A program made the translations under genes and the position numbers. DNA of 64,000 nt from Callorhinchus milii. Its lineage: Eukaryota. The stretch lies in the NCBI RefSeq assembly GCF_018977255.1, contig NW_024704743.1:80416001-80480000 (forward strand), written 5' to 3'. The notes beneath the pieces were generated by a model. That model did no database searches and was not told the origin of the DNA. It worked only from the letters and a program-made list of their open reading frames with translations. How positions within the stretch are numbered: the stretch's first letter is position 1; each line of letters begins with the position of its first letter. Shown here in pieces: positions 39,471 through 52,900 of this stretch.

Positions 39471-40279
39471 GGGCTTCATTTCCAGCTAGTTAAGCAGGCG
39501 CATCCACTGGATGGTTTAATCTCATTACCAGTAGTAAATTAGGATGTGACAAAGTGCTAAATCACACATTAGTTAATGCAGAGAACATTTACTGCCCAAA
39601 GAGCTCAAGCACAGCAAGGCCATTTTTGCCTCATAGGTTTTTTGTGATTTGTTACACAGCTACAATTTCTAGCTCCCTGACATTTTGGCCCTGTAAATTT
39701 TGCAAGAATATAAATCATTTCATCCATTCAAGAATGAGGCCTCAAGCTGACAATTGGGAGGTTAGTTTTGGCTCAGTTTGTAGCACTCGGACTTCTGTGT
39801 TGGATGGTTGTCAGTTCATATCCTATGTCAGTACTTGAGCTCATAATATAAACCTGCACTTCAGTAAAACACTACCTTTCAGACAAGATGTTAAACTGAG
39901 GTCCCATCTGTCAACAATCCTCCAGATTGATTGTTCATTTGTCTTATAAGTGGTGCAAATGAAAGCCATTTTTTGCCTAGAAAACCAAATAATCACTCTA
40001 ATTATTGTGCAGGGCTTCGAGATATGTAAATTCAATAAGTTGTCATGAAAATGCTATTTCAATGTTTTCTTCCTTCCTGCCTTCAATGTCTTTGCAAGCT
40101 GCCATTCTTAAAAGTGAAAGAAACATGTATTTTTAATCACCATTTTTTCTTACACTGTCCCTAATGAAAATGTTGGACAGGCAACCTGTCCCAAGCCTCT
40201 GTATGTGTTGATCTGAAACTGACCATGAGAAGATGCAGACGTCCCAGGAAAATGCTCTCTTCCCTACTATGAGACATAG

Positions 40280-40657
40280 TAGAGTCCTGTTGCATATTGG
40301 TTAAAGCACCCGCCTCGCAAGCAAAAGGACCTGGGTTTGATTCCCAGGCAGGGCGAAACCTTAGGCAAGTTTCTTACTCTGCACACTTCTGTTTACCTAG
40401 CAGTAAGTAGGAATCCGGATGTTAGTCGATTGGTGAATCGCTTTCTGGGGATAATAATCCTTTCAAAAAATAAATAAACAATAATAAATTGGTCACTCAA
40501 CCCACCACTGTTTGTAGGACCCTGCTTTGCTCAATTGGCTGCTGCGTGTTGTCCACAAAATATACAATCTTATAGTATTACAGTATATTCTGTGAAATAT
40601 TGAGACGTCTCAATGACAGGATAAGGCGCTATATCAAATTCAAGGATTATTATCATT
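40280..40657 (+). mobile_element. tRNA-derived SINE, full-length long form
   Basis: Collinear with 3364-3742. Confidence 0.9.
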
Positions 40658-40819
40658 ACCATGATAGGAAGAACCTGCAATGCATTTGCAACATGCCCAT
40701 GGTAGGCCTGTGCACATGGTAGTCCTGTCGAAACAGAGAACAGAGCATGTGGAGGTCACAAGGACTGTACTAACACATTACATTTAAAGCAAAATCATTG
40801 TCAACGTTGTAATGAGACA

Positions 40820-41150
40820 CAAGTTCACAAGATGGTTGGGATGAAGAAGGCCTTTTACATTTGAACTCATCCCTCCAGAATATCCACCCTACTATCTTCC
40901 CACCACATCATTAAGCTTTTTTTTAAATGAATCCAGTGTCCTGGCCTGAACTAGCTTCCAGGTAATGTGTTCCACTTGTTAATTACTCTCTGAGTAAAGA
41001 AATCTGTCTGGTATCTGTCCTAAAATTGCCCTCTAACTTTAAACTTATGTCCTCCTGCTCCACTGTTTTGGTGCATTTCTAAAGTATTATTCTGAATTTA
41101 CTTTTCCAAACCCATTTAAAATTGTACACACCTCTAACAAGGTCTCTTCT
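40820..41150 (-). mobile_element. Old CR1 3' fragment
   Basis: ggtaatgtgttccacttgttaattactctctgagtaaagaaa is the reverse of FFTQRVINKWNTLP. Confidence 0.65.
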
Positions 41151-41159
41151 GAGACCTAA

Positions 41160-41520
41160 CTAAGGAGGGAACAGTCGAGCCAGAGTGCTACTTTAGCTGA
41201 TCATAGCATGGCAGCACAGCTGGCCTGAGTTGGCACCTGGCAAGGTAGGAAAATGATCAGAGTTTCTTTTGCTGATCACCCTCCAGTGGCCCCTGCTGGA
41301 AGGTTTGTGTAAGTTAGATGAGGACTGGATCAGGTTCATTTGTGATTTCCTCCATGATTTGAATCGCCTGCCAACATTCATTATCTAGGTTGACACATCA
41401 GCTCTGAGCATTTAGGTGAGGTACTGGAGGGTTGCCAGTCATGATAGAAGGAAGCATACCCCAGAAAGAGTTAATGCCTTCAAGGGAACAGGCAAAAAAG
41501 AGAGGGAATTGGGAGGAAAA
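41160..41520 (+). mobile_element. Old interspersed repeat, SINE-like, family unassigned
   Basis: ttagctgatc...ccagtggcccctgctggaag...gaggtactggaggg...atgccttcaagg; related reverse-strand blocks at about 23760-23910, 24230-24480 and 37930-38250. Confidence 0.45.
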
Positions 41521-41724
41521 CACATGAATTATACCAGGATTGAGAAAATTATTTAAATATACTGTTTTAAGAACATTAACTGAAACAGTTTTAAGCATGG
41601 AATTCAGAAGAGATTAGTCCTAGATGCATAAGTGCTGCAAATAGGAGATGACAGGTATTAAGAGTTTAATTCAATAGGGTTTCCTCTCATGTGAGCAGTG
41701 TAAAATAATAGATGCTGTGATCAG

Positions 41725-42005
41725 TTTAAACAGCCAAGGAATCAATGTCCAATTTTATTTAGGGACCGTTGGCCAGGACACTGGAAGAAACTCCTCTTTT
41801 CAAATAGGACATCTATAATGTCCATCTGAATAGGCAGATAAGACCTAGGTTCAACATTTCATTGGAAGGATGTGACTTCTAACATTGTAGCGCTCCCCAA
41901 CACTCCCCAGCCTAACCTACTTGAGTTCAAAGTCCCTACATGGGGATTGAACCCACAACCTTCTAACTCAGGAGTGAGAGTGCCACCAACTGTGCCAGGC
42001 TGACA
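41725..42005 (-). mobile_element. Deu-domain tRNA SINE
   Basis: ttggccaggacactggaagaaactcc...tccatctgaataggcag...ttgaacccacaaccttctaactcagg...ccaactgtgccaggctgaca. Confidence 0.75.
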
Positions 42006-42384
42006 TTAAAAAGAAAAGCAGCTTCTTATTAAGCAATAACTTCAGAATAGCTACAATCCACCCAGTAAGAACTAAAACCTGTGATTATCCTTCGGTTGGG
42101 GAGATGGGTTTCCTTGGAGCTGACACTTGGTTAATGAAAAAAGTACAATATTCAACAAATGATGGCAGTTACCATCATGTTCATTCATTTGTGACGGCAC
42201 AATGTGGAAGAAATATTTTCAATTAAAATAAGTGCTTTATGTCAGGGCATCTTTCCCAGAGACCTTTCTTTCCTTGCTCTCTAAGATCAGTCTGCAGGAA
42301 CTGGGATTCTAAGAACCGCAGTCAAGGGTTCCTGGACGACCAGAAGTAACACTAACATATCCACCACCGTAACTGTGCTGACAA

Positions 42385-42682
42385 ATAATAATAATAATCC
42401 TTGCATTTGATATAGTACCTTATCACGTCTTCAAGACGTCTCAAAGTGCTTCACAGAATATACTGTAAAGTGAATTGACTGTATATTTTGTGGGTGAAAA
42501 GCAGCAGCCTATTGCGCACAGCAGTGTCCCACAAACAGTGTTGGATTGAGCGACCAATTTTATTTTGAGGAGTTATTGACTCCGGAAAAGCGATCCGCCA
42601 ATCGACTAACAACCAGGTTCCTACTTACTCCTAGGAAAAACAGAGGCGTGTGGAGTAAGGAAACTCACTTAATGTTTTGCCC
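42385..42682 (-). mobile_element. tRNA-derived SINE, long form, head missing
   Basis: (TAA)n tccttgcatttgatatag...accaggttcctacttactcctagg...tggagtaaggaaact. Confidence 0.88.
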
Positions 42683-42989
42683 TTCACAATACCAACCACC
42701 CATAGTAACTGTGCTGACAAACACTGCACAGCCACCAATCATCCACAGCAATTGCACTCACAAATACTGCGAACAGCATCTCTACCCACAACATGAGCAT
42801 TTACCAGAACCAATGGATGAAGCATTTTCAGCGGAGGAATCTAAAACTTTATCTCCCCATTGTTTTAATTCTAGAATTTTTGCCTTAAAATTTATCATTG
42901 TTCAGAATTTTGGAAAATATTTAAATTGTGTCTTAATTTTGAAGCTGTTTTCCTGCAGTTCTTAACAGACACTTTGAGAAACAGAAGCC

Positions 42990-43595
42990 AATCAAGGCCA
43001 GTCAACACAGCTCTAAAAGATGAATTATGCTTGACCAATATTTATAGAATTCTTTGAAGAAACACTACCAAGGATGATAAAGGAAATGCAGTGGATACGG
43101 TTTATATGGAATTTCAAAGAGTATTGATAAAGTACCACAAAAGAGGCTTATGACAAAGAATATCACAAACAGAGTTAAGGGGAATGTGGCCACATGGGTA
43201 ACGAGATGCTTGGAGGGCAAGAAACAAAGAATAGAGGTAAAAAGAAGTTTCTCAGACTGAGAAGAATATCGAGTGAGATGCCCATATGGCTTAGTATTGC
43301 TGCAGCTCTTATTTACTAACTACATAATCGAGACTTAGGAATTAAGGCAACAATATTGAAATTTGTTGACGTCACCAAATTGGGGAGCAAGGCTTGTGGC
43401 AAGGCTTGTGAAAAATGACCAGATAGAGGTCTTTAAAATTATGAGGGCTTTAATAGAGTCAATAGGAAGAAATTATTTACACTGGTCAGTGAGTCAGGGA
43501 CTAGAGGGCATCAATTTAAAATCAGAAAATGGGGAGGTTTAGAGATTTTTTTATATAACGAGTGTTTAGGATATAGAATGCCCTGCCAGGAGCCT
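42990..43595 (+). mobile_element. Old CR1 RT fragment with internal deletions
   Basis: Degenerate LTNLLEFFE, AVDTVYMEFQ, KFVDVTKLG and RVFRIWNALP-like motifs. Confidence 0.75.
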
Positions 43596-43994
43596 GAAAG
43601 ACTTTTTTAAATGCAATTTGTTGTATAATAATAAATAATAATCCTTGCATTTGATGTAGTGCTTTTCACATATTCTAGACATCTCAAAGTGCTTCACAGA
43701 ATGTACTGTAAAGTGAATTGACTGTATATTTGTGGGCGAAATGTGCCTCTAAGTCAGAAGGTTGTGAGTTCAAGCCCCATGTCAGGATTTGGAACACATA
43801 TAATCTATGCTGAACATGCTAAAGCGGTGCTGGGGATGTGTTGCATTGTCGGAGGTTCTGTCCTTCGGATGAGACTTAAAACTGAGGCCTCATCTGCCCA
43901 ACCAGGTGGACATTAAAGATCCCATGGCACTATTGGAAAAGAGAAGGGAGTTTCCCCCAGTATCCTGCCAACAATCCCCCAAATAAAATTGGCC

Positions 43995-44703
43995 ATGCGC
44001 AACATAGGCGTCAGGTTCGATCCCCAGTTATCCTTCCTCTCCCACATCCGGTCCCTGACCAGCACCACTTTCTTCCACCTCTGCCACATTGCCCGTCTCT
44101 GACAATACCTCACCCCAAAAGTGTCGAAACCCTTGCCTATGCCTTCATCACCTCTCGGCTGGACTACTCTAACGCCCTACTCGTCAGTCTCCCCTCCTCC
44201 ACTATTCACAAAATTCAGCTCATTCAAAACTCCGCCGCCCGCATTCTCACCCGCACCAAACTCCACACCCAATTACTCCAGTCCTTGCCAAACTCCACTG
44301 GCTCCCTGTCACAGAGCGGATCGACTTCAAGATGCTCACACTAGTGTTTAAATCCCACCATTCCTTGGCACCCCCCTATCTCTCTAACCTCCTCTCTCCC
44401 CACAGCCTAACCCACTGCCTTCGCTCTGCTGGGTCCAGCCTCCTCCGTGTGCCCCGAATCCTCTGCTCCACCAGCGGCCGTGGCTTCAGCCACTACTCCC
44501 CAAAACTTTGGAACTCCCCCCTCCCCTTCACCTCGCCCCCTCCTTCCCCATCTTCAGGTCACGCCTGAAGACCTTGCTTTTCGACCGCGCCTATGGTCAC
44601 CTTCCCCCTCCCCCTGGCGCAGCCTTGGGCTCCTTCATTGATAAGCACTCTGAGATGCCACCCGGCATGGAGGGCGCTATATAAATGCAAGTTGCTGTTG
44701 TTG
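43995..44703 (+). mobile_element. L2 subfamily B 3' fragment inserted into a Deu SINE (43745-43995 and 44704-44860)
   Basis: [17 protein letters not shown]...[13 protein letters not shown]...LHWLPV, B-type tail; SINE sequence aaaattggcca resumes after the insert as tcattcac...tgtttgtgggac. Confidence 0.9.
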
Positions 44704-46430
44704 TCATTCACTCGGTAGTTGTTTGTGGGACATTGTTGGGTTCAAATTGGCTACCGTATTCATGTACAAGACAAACACAGTCATACCACTTTTCTGTGAA
44801 GTGCTTTGAGACATCTCGACGACATATTAAGGCGTTATACCAAATGCATGGATTATTATAACTATAAAGTTAAATCCCACCATTCCTTGGCACACGCTAT
44901 CTCTCTAACCTCCTCTCTCCCACAGCATGTAAAGTGTAGCGACTGTAATTTGTAAACGAATGGGTCGCTTTAACAGATCTCCAGTTTGCAAAAAAATCCA
45001 GTGTAATCAAAATGCTGGTGTTTGGAAGGAACCTATGGCATAAAAAATAATAACTACAGCTGGAGTGGCTTAGATAGAGTGTAACTGTTTAGAGGACAAG
45101 AAATGCAGCATACCCAGGAGTTCATAGTTATAGCTTGGGATTCTTGAAGAATAAGGTGTTAAGTGTAGTACCTTACATAACTGCTTACTCAGTGTGTCGA
45201 ATAGCATATCTCTCACTCTCAGAAGCATTTTATGCGATTGAAATTGCTTTGCTTAGCTGTAGACAGAGTGGAAAGAGGCACGATTATGTGGATCATTCTG
45301 ACGGCAACTAGCATGTCTTACTGCAGAGATCTGCAGCATGGGCTGTGTTGAGTGATAACTATTTCTCCTGTGTCTCAGTAAACTGGTTTTGTTGGCCTCC
45401 AGCTATGTGGAGCACTCAATTTAAACTTAGAAACAAATAGACAACTAAAAAAATACGGATATGGTGGAGACACAGTGGACAATGTTACTGGCCTTTACTA
45501 ATGTAGCTACGCGGCTTGCTGTTAGTCAACATATTTCAAGGTTATTATTCAAGCTCTGACAGATGTTAGTGAGTGTTGGTTGGAGCACATCTGTTTAAAT
45601 GGAACTAAACCAAGCAGTGCTGTTTGGTCAATGTCAATTACTTAGTTCTTAGCAGGAACATCCTCTTTCCTCTATTATTTTTCTCTCTGCTGCTGCAAAG
45701 CATCAGTGACCAACTTAAACACTTTGCTCACACAAGGTATCTGTAAACCCCCTAACTTAATAAGTGGATAAAATGCCGCCTAATGGCATTCAAACTTACC
45801 TCTATCACTGTATTGTGACTTACAATGCTCATGGATTACAAGGTTATTTAATGCCCAACATTGCAGTACTGCTTAATTAGTCAGATTCACCCTTAATAAT
45901 TGACTTAATGGGTGTTTTAGTTAATGTTCCTAATCCTTTGAGCTGGGTTAAATTGCACATAGAAAATCCAACTTCTGGTAATTACTATAAGTGCTACATT
46001 AATGCTAGGAACAGCACACATGGTAAGCCTCAGGTTATATTTCCACTGAGGAAAATTCTATCACAAGAGGTTGAGCTAACCTCAACGTCAGATAATTCAA
46101 GTGAAATTCTTCGAGGTACCAGGTCAATACCCCACAAATCAGTTAATCTGTTTTACATTATATCCTGTAAAGCATTTAGGAATATCCTCCTGATGTGAAA
46201 AGCATTATACCAAATGTAAGGATTATTATTATTATGGGACAATTTTCCACTTTGAACTTTGAGAGCAAGACAGCATTGTTGACAGGTTGATAATGTTACG
46301 GATTCATGTAAAAGGTGGAGAATATCAGTTAATATCACTAGCATTTTTTTTACTGCGGATCCCGAAATTCCAATTCTCCTAAGAGAAAAAAAATCAACAC
46401 ATTTCTTCCTCCCAGAAGACCTCCTTAATA

Positions 46431-46745
46431 GGAGTCCTGTAGCTCAGTGGTTAGAGCACTCGCCTCTCAAGCGAGAGACCTAGGTTTGATTCCCAGCAGG
46501 GTGAAACCTTGGGCAAGTTTCCTTACTCCACACGCCTGATAATAATACCTCAAGAAGAAAAAACAATAATAAATTGGTCACTTCAATCCACGACTGTTTG
46601 TGGGACACTGCTGTGCACAATTTGGCTGCCGCATTTCGCCCACAAATATACAGTCAATTCATTTTGCAGTATATTCTGTGAAGCGCTTTGAAACAACTCG
46701 AAGACATGAAAAGCGCTATATCAAATGCAAGGATTATTATTATTA
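46431..46745 (+). mobile_element. tRNA-derived SINE, full-length short form
   Basis: A box tagctcagtggtt, B-box-like ggtttgattccc, junction ccacacgcct|gataataat, L2-like tail, (ATT)n. Confidence 0.93.
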
Positions 46746-47216
46746 ACTGAACCTTACAACCTTCCTCCTGAGTGCAGCAGGAAATACACTACTTAATGGA
46801 CTCAACCATTACATCATGATGTCAAGGATGACGGGGAAAATCATCTCTAAACTGATAATTGAATGCCAAGATAATATTTAAACCCCTGTAAAGATCTGTT
46901 GCTGCCACAGACTCTGTTTGTTTTCCAGTTTTAAGTGTTCAACTGGAATTTAAATTGTACTATTTGGGCATAGTAGCCATTTAGTGGGGCCTATATTTGC
47001 ATTAATCACACCAGGATAAGAAGGGCTGATTTCAGCTTCCGATCGCCTTGTGATAGCTGACTAGTTTGCAATACTTACTTAAATGACTAATTGTGATTTT
47101 TAAAAGACAGAACAGTGAAGCAAAAAGAGTAAAACCTACTTTTCAGTGTTTTCCCAAATTTTGTCGCTTTTCAGGAATTTAGCAATTAAATTAAACTATC
47201 ACATTATTTATTTTTG

Positions 47217-47535
47217 AGGAGTCCTGTAGCTCAGTGGTTAGAGCACTTGCCTCACAAGCGAGGGACCTGGGTTCAATTCCCGGCAGAGTGAAACCTTGAG
47301 CAAGTTTCCTTACTTCACACGCCTGATAATAATCCTTCAAAAAAAATAATAAAATTGGTCACTTCAATCCACGACTGTTTGTGGGACACTGCTGTGCACA
47401 ATTGGCTGCCGCGTTTCGCCCACAAATATACAGTCAATTCACTTTACAGTCTATTCTGTGAAGCGTTTTGAGACGTCTAGAAGATGTGAAAAAGCGCTAT
47501 ATCAAATGCAAAGATTATTTATTTATTATTTATTT
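47217..47535 (+). mobile_element. tRNA-derived SINE, full-length short form
   Basis: A box, B box gggttcaattccc, same junction as 46431 and same tail. Confidence 0.93.
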
Positions 47536-48224
47536 ATCTCTAAGCCCCCAATAGAGCCTTGGTCTAAGATTACAGTCTAAGGGAGCTCCTGATTTAAAAC
47601 TATTTTGTACCAAAGTGCAAATGCCCTATATCAAATGCAAGGATTATTATTATTATTATAAAAGCTAATTTTACCCATTCTGCTTCTGCATATATAAAAA
47701 TATACAGTATTTGTATTTCTGTTCTCCGAATCACCATTCAGAGCTCTTTCACCCATCTTTCAGCAAAACCTTCCTACACTTTTCCATGCAGCTTCACCAG
47801 GAATTCACAAGGGATGTGAGACTTCTACACTTACTATCTCCATGGTGCTATATATTTTGGAAAAAATAGCAGCAGAGGGAGAAGCACATTACTTGGAGCT
47901 CCTCTGAAGGAGGTCTATTTGCAATGTCTGGAAAAAAATAAATTTGTTATGTTGGATTTTGAGACATTGTTCATTCACTCCAAGTTCCAGCATGTCTGAT
48001 TCTTTATGTCTCTTCTCTGATCCTCATCTGCTTACCTCCACTTTTTTGTCTCTCTCAGTTTCTAACCCTACAGCTAAAATGTGCAGCACTATATCCTCTA
48101 TACAAAACATTTTATATGCCAATAACTTGTGAACTTTATGGTTTGAAACAGAATTATTTATTTAATGCATACTATCTGCTTAACTGAATACAGAGTAGAG
48201 TCGGCTGGTCCAGGGATGGTTATA

Positions 48225-48632
48225 TCAAACTCCATTGGTTTCTTGTCACGGAGCAGATTGATTTCAAGATCCTCACTCTTGTATTTAAATCCCTTCAGGC
48301 CCTGGCATCCCCCTATCTCTCCAACCTGCTCTCTCCCTGCCCCACTACCCGCTGCCTCCGCTCAACTGGCTCCGGCCTCCTGCTTGTCCTCTGGACTCTC
48401 CGGCCCACCATCGGTGACCGTGCCATGAAACTGTGCAACTCTCTCCCTGAAGCCCTTCGCCTTGCCCCCCTCTCTCAGGTCTCGCTTGAAGACCTTCCTC
48501 TTCGACCGTCCCTATGGTCACATTTCCCTTCCCCTTGGCTTAGAATCGGGCTCCGCCATTGTTAAATGCTCCAAGACGCCATCCGGCGTGAAGGGTGCTA
48601 TATAAATACAAGTTATTGCTATTGTTGTTATT
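48225..48632 (+). mobile_element. L2 subfamily B 3' fragment
   Basis: ttgatttcaagatcctcactcttgtatttaaatccc...gacgccatccggcgtgaagggtgctatataaatacaag. Confidence 0.85.
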
Positions 48633-49467
48633 GCAGTGGTGGATTGGAAAGCAAATAAGTATTCTGTAAACACTAACTGGTTAAAAGCACTCCATCCACT
48701 AAATCTGACTGTTAATTCAAACTGACCATAAGTGCTTAACAGCTTAGTCTGTGGCCTGTGCTGTAACAACATTTTCTATATAGCACCCTCCACGTCAGGA
48801 AGACCTCGCAAAGCACTTCCCAGAGCTGAGTGTCGAGCCCAAATGGGGTTTGATGCAATGGGAGGGAGGGTGACCAAAAACTCAGTCAAAAAGAAAGGTT
48901 TTAAATGAGCTTTAATGGGGAGGGTAACTGTTTAAATAACCTGCTTTTTGTTTCTGTTTCACCTCCATGCCTTTATACTGCTCTTCAGCCATAAATGAGA
49001 TGTTGTTTAGAAGGAGAAAGGGGGAGGGGAGAAAGAGAGAGAGAGAAAAACACTCAAGGTCAGTATTTAAATGTCAACTAGCCTTGACTGCAATTTTCGA
49101 TGTGATAATTATCACATTAAGCGGTACAGTTTCACCCCATTATACTTACACATCTGGCCATATGTTGCTTGTGTGGTTGATTACTTCCCTCCTTTCCCTT
49201 TTGAAAATCTGATCCATAAATCATTCTGCTTATTAAAAATCACATAATCCTGAGCTCATCCCAAGCAACCGCATCACTGAGGCTCAAATAGAAAGATATT
49301 CCTTAATATTCATTTAGTAGTTTTTTTTCTTAGCACCAAATAAAAGCATTTTAACAAGTTTCTTTAGATAAGAATTGATGGAGAGCTTGAGTCTTAATTG
49401 CATTTTGTGGGTAGAGTGGTTGTAATTAATCAGTGTTTATAACATTTGAAGGAGCGCTGCCTTTAAA

Positions 49468-49774
49468 AATAATAATAATAATCCTTGCATTTGATATAGC
49501 ACCTTATCACGTCTTCGAGACATCTCAAAGCAATTCACAGAATATACGGTAAAGTGAATTGACTGTATAGTTTGTGGGCGAAACGCGGCAGCCAATTGCA
49601 CACAGCGGAAAAGCGATCCGCCAACCGACAAACAACCAGGTTCCCACTTACTGCTAGGTAAACAGAGGCTTGTGGAGTAAGGAAACTTGTAAGGAACCAA
49701 TGTTTCGCCCTGTTGGAATCGAACCCAGGTCCTCTCGCTTGCGAAGCAAGTGCTCTAACGCCTAAGCTACAGGA
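49468..49774 (-). mobile_element. tRNA-derived SINE, long form with private internal deletion
   Basis: Head ggaatcgaacccagg...ctctaacgcctaagctacagga on +; junction cacagc|ggaaaag near 49606. Confidence 0.88.
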
Positions 49775-49890
49775 TATTGTCATTATATCAAGTGCAAGGA
49801 TCATTATTATAAGTATTTTGAAGGAGGATTCATACTTTTATTTTTTCAATTAACTTGCTTTTTCTTTATATAAGCACACTCTCAATGTTT

Positions 49891-49955
49891 CAGGTTCGAC
49901 TTCCAATTATCCTTCCTCCCCCACATCCGGGCCCTTCACCAGCACCGCTTTCATC
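49891..49955 (+). mobile_element. L2 subfamily B host fragment, left part (continues at 53414)
   Basis: caggttcgac..caattatccttcctcccccacatccgg...agcaccgctttcatc is collinear with the uninterrupted copy at 44012-44075. Confidence 0.8.
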
Positions 49956-52900
49956 AACAACAACAACTTGGATTTATATAGCGACCTCCATGCCGGACGG
50001 CATCTCAGAGGGCTTCATAGTAACGGATCCCGGGACCGAGCCAGGGGGAGTGGGAGGAAGGTGACCAAAGGCGCGGTCGAAAAGAAAGGTCTTCAGCAGA
50101 GACCTGAAAATAGGAAGGGAGGGAGTGAGGAGAAGGGAGTGAGGAAGGCAGTTCCAGAGGGTGAGGATCTTAAAATCGATCCTCTCTGGGATAGGCAGCC
50201 AGTGCAGTCTGGCAAGGACCTGGGTAATCTGGGAGCGGAGTTTCGTGCGGGTGAGAATGCGGGCGGCAGAGTTTTGAATGATTTGGATTTTATGGATGGT
50301 AGTGGAGGGTAGACCGGTGAGGAGGGCATTAGAGCAGTCCAGCCGAGAGGTGACAAAGGCATGGACCAGGGTTTCAGCGGCTTTTGGCGTGAGGTATTGG
50401 CAGAGACGGGCGATGCGTCAGAGATGGAAGAAAGTTGTGCTGATGAGGGACTGGATGTGGGGAAGGAAGGATAATTGGGGGTCGAACCTGATGCCTAGGT
50501 TGCGTATGGGTTCGGAGAGTTTTAGGGGGAGGTCGGGTAGGTGGAGGAGGTGAGAACCATGAGATTTTAGACGTTGACGAGAGCCGAAGAGTATGGCTTC
50601 TGTCTTGTCAATGTTCAGCTGAAGGAAATTTGCGCTCATCCAGCCCCTGAGATCTGACAGGCAGGCTGACAGAACATCAGGGGACTTGGGGGTCGCAAAG
50701 AGAGGTGGAAAAATAGAGTTGAGTGTCGTCTGCATACATGTGGAAGTGTACCCCATGTCTGCGGATGACATCCCCAAGAGGGAGCATGTAGATCAGAAAG
50801 AGGAGGGGACCAAGGATGGATCCTTGGGGTACCCCGCAGGTGACCTGGTGAGAGCGAGAGGAGAAGCCGTTTGTGCAGATGTACTGCTGGCGGTTTGTGA
50901 GGTAGGACTCAAACCAGGCGAGTGCGGTCCCATTGAGGTGGATGACAGAGGAAAGGCAGTGGAGGAGGATGGCGTGATCGACTGTGTCAAACGCGGCAGA
51001 GAGGTCCAGGAGGACAAGGAGGCAGAGAGAGCTCTGGTCACAGATAGAGAGGATGTCGTTTGTGACTTTCACAAGCGCAGTCTCTGTACTGTGGGTGGAA
51101 ACCGGACTGGAGGGGTTTGAAGAGGGAGTGGAAGGACAGGTGTGCGTGAAGTTGATTGGCAACAACGCGTTCCAGAACTTTTGAGAGGAAGGGCAGGTCA
51201 GAAATAGGGCGGTAATGGCTGGGGTTTGAGGGATCTAGGGAGGGTTTTTTGAGGAGGGGGGTGATGACAGCAGTTTTGGGGGAGGCAGAGACTGATCCAG
51301 AGGAGAGAGACTGGTTGATGACGTCAGCCAGTAGTGGGCATAGGAGGGGGAGAATGTGTGACCAGTAAGTTGGTGGGGAGGGGATTGAGGCAGCAGGTGG
51401 TGGGTTTCATGGAGTTGATGGTGGGTGAGAGAGAGAGGAGGGAGAGATGGGGAGGAAGGTATTTAGATTGGGGGTGGTGGTAGGAGAGGATGATGAGGAA
51501 GGTGAGGGGGGCAGAGAAGGCGTGGTGGTAGGTGACAAGGGGCAGGTGGATGAGGCTGCCTGGCGGATGTTAAGTATTTTGGATGAAAAGAAGTCCATAA
51601 CCTCCTCGCACTTGGTATTTGATGTGAAGATTGAGGAGGCCTGAGGGGGGCCACGGAGGAGGTAGTGGGTGGTGGAAAAAAGGATTTTGGGTTTGTGTTT
51701 AGCCTTCAAGATGATGTTGGAGTAGAAGACTATTTTTGTGCGTGTCAAAGAACGGCGGTAGCTGTGGAGAAGCTCGAGCCACAGTTAGCGGTGAACTGTC
51801 AGGCCAGTTTTCCGCCATCTGCGCTCAAGCAGCTGGGTTTGGGTTTTTAGGTGGCGGAGATGGTTGTTGTACCAGGGGGATCAGGTGGGTTTAGAGATGG
51901 TCCTGGATTTCAGGGGGACGAGGGAGTTGAAGGTGGAGGAAAGGCGATCATGGAGCAGCTGGATGGCTGCTTCAGGATCTCCACAAGTGGAAGGCCAGAG
52001 GGATAGGATGTTTAATGATGCAAAGGCCTTTGTGTGGGCCTCAGGGGGTAGCCTTTTCCAAGGGCGGTAGAGGATGGTTGAGGGCTTGGTGGAGGAGAGA
52101 GGGATGTGAGAGGAGAAGGAGATGAAAAAGTGGTCCGAGATGTCCACTATGCTGAGGTCGGAAATGTCAAGGCTGTCGGTGATGACGAGGTCAAGTGCAT
52201 GATCACAGTTGTGGGTGGGTGAATTTATATGAAGGGTGAGGTTTAGGGAGGAGAGGAGGGCAGTGAAATCAGCAGAAGTGGTGCAAGGGGAGTTTAGGTG
52301 GAGGTTGAAATCGTTCATTATGAGCAGGCGTTCGGAGCAGAGGGACAGGGAAGAGGGGAGTGTAGAGATGTCTGTGTGGAAGGAGCCGAGGGGCTTAGCG
52401 GGGTGGTAGACAAGGAGGATTTTCAATGGGAGAGGGGGTGGAAGAGGGTGAGGTGCTCGAAGGAGGGGAAGCAGCCAGAGGAATAGGGGTTAAGACCAAG
52501 GGAAGCTTTGGAAATGAAGGCCACCCCACTGCCACGTTGGTTTGGACAGGGGGTGTGGTGGAAGGTGTAGCCTGGAGGGAAGGCTTCCACTAGGGGGACA
52601 GGGTCATTAGGGGAGAGCCAGGTTTCAGTGAGCCCAAGAATGTCAAGGTGCTCATCCATGATGAGGTTGTGGATGGTGAGGGCTTTGTTTGAGAGGAAAC
52701 GGACATTTTGGAGGGAAATGCAGGTGGGGTTTGCTGGAGGGGTTGGGGGAGGGAGGAGAGGGAGGAGAGAGTGGTGCAGAGAGGATTTTGGGTTGTATAG
52801 GAGAGATGATTGTGGAGAGTGGTGTGAGTGGAGAGTTGGGGAGGGTACATATGAGGGAAGGAGGAGTAGGGTTTACCTTAAGGAGGCGGTTTGAGCAGAG

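Noticed and set aside
42361..42722. gtaactgtgctgacaaa on both sides of a SINE as a long TSD
   Set aside because: The right copy does not abut the SINE end and the flanks look like a degenerate tandem repeat, so a TSD cannot be established.
46431..46505. tRNA-Ala gene
   Set aside because: The tRNA-like sequence is the head of a multicopy SINE, varies between copies and has no oligo-T terminator.
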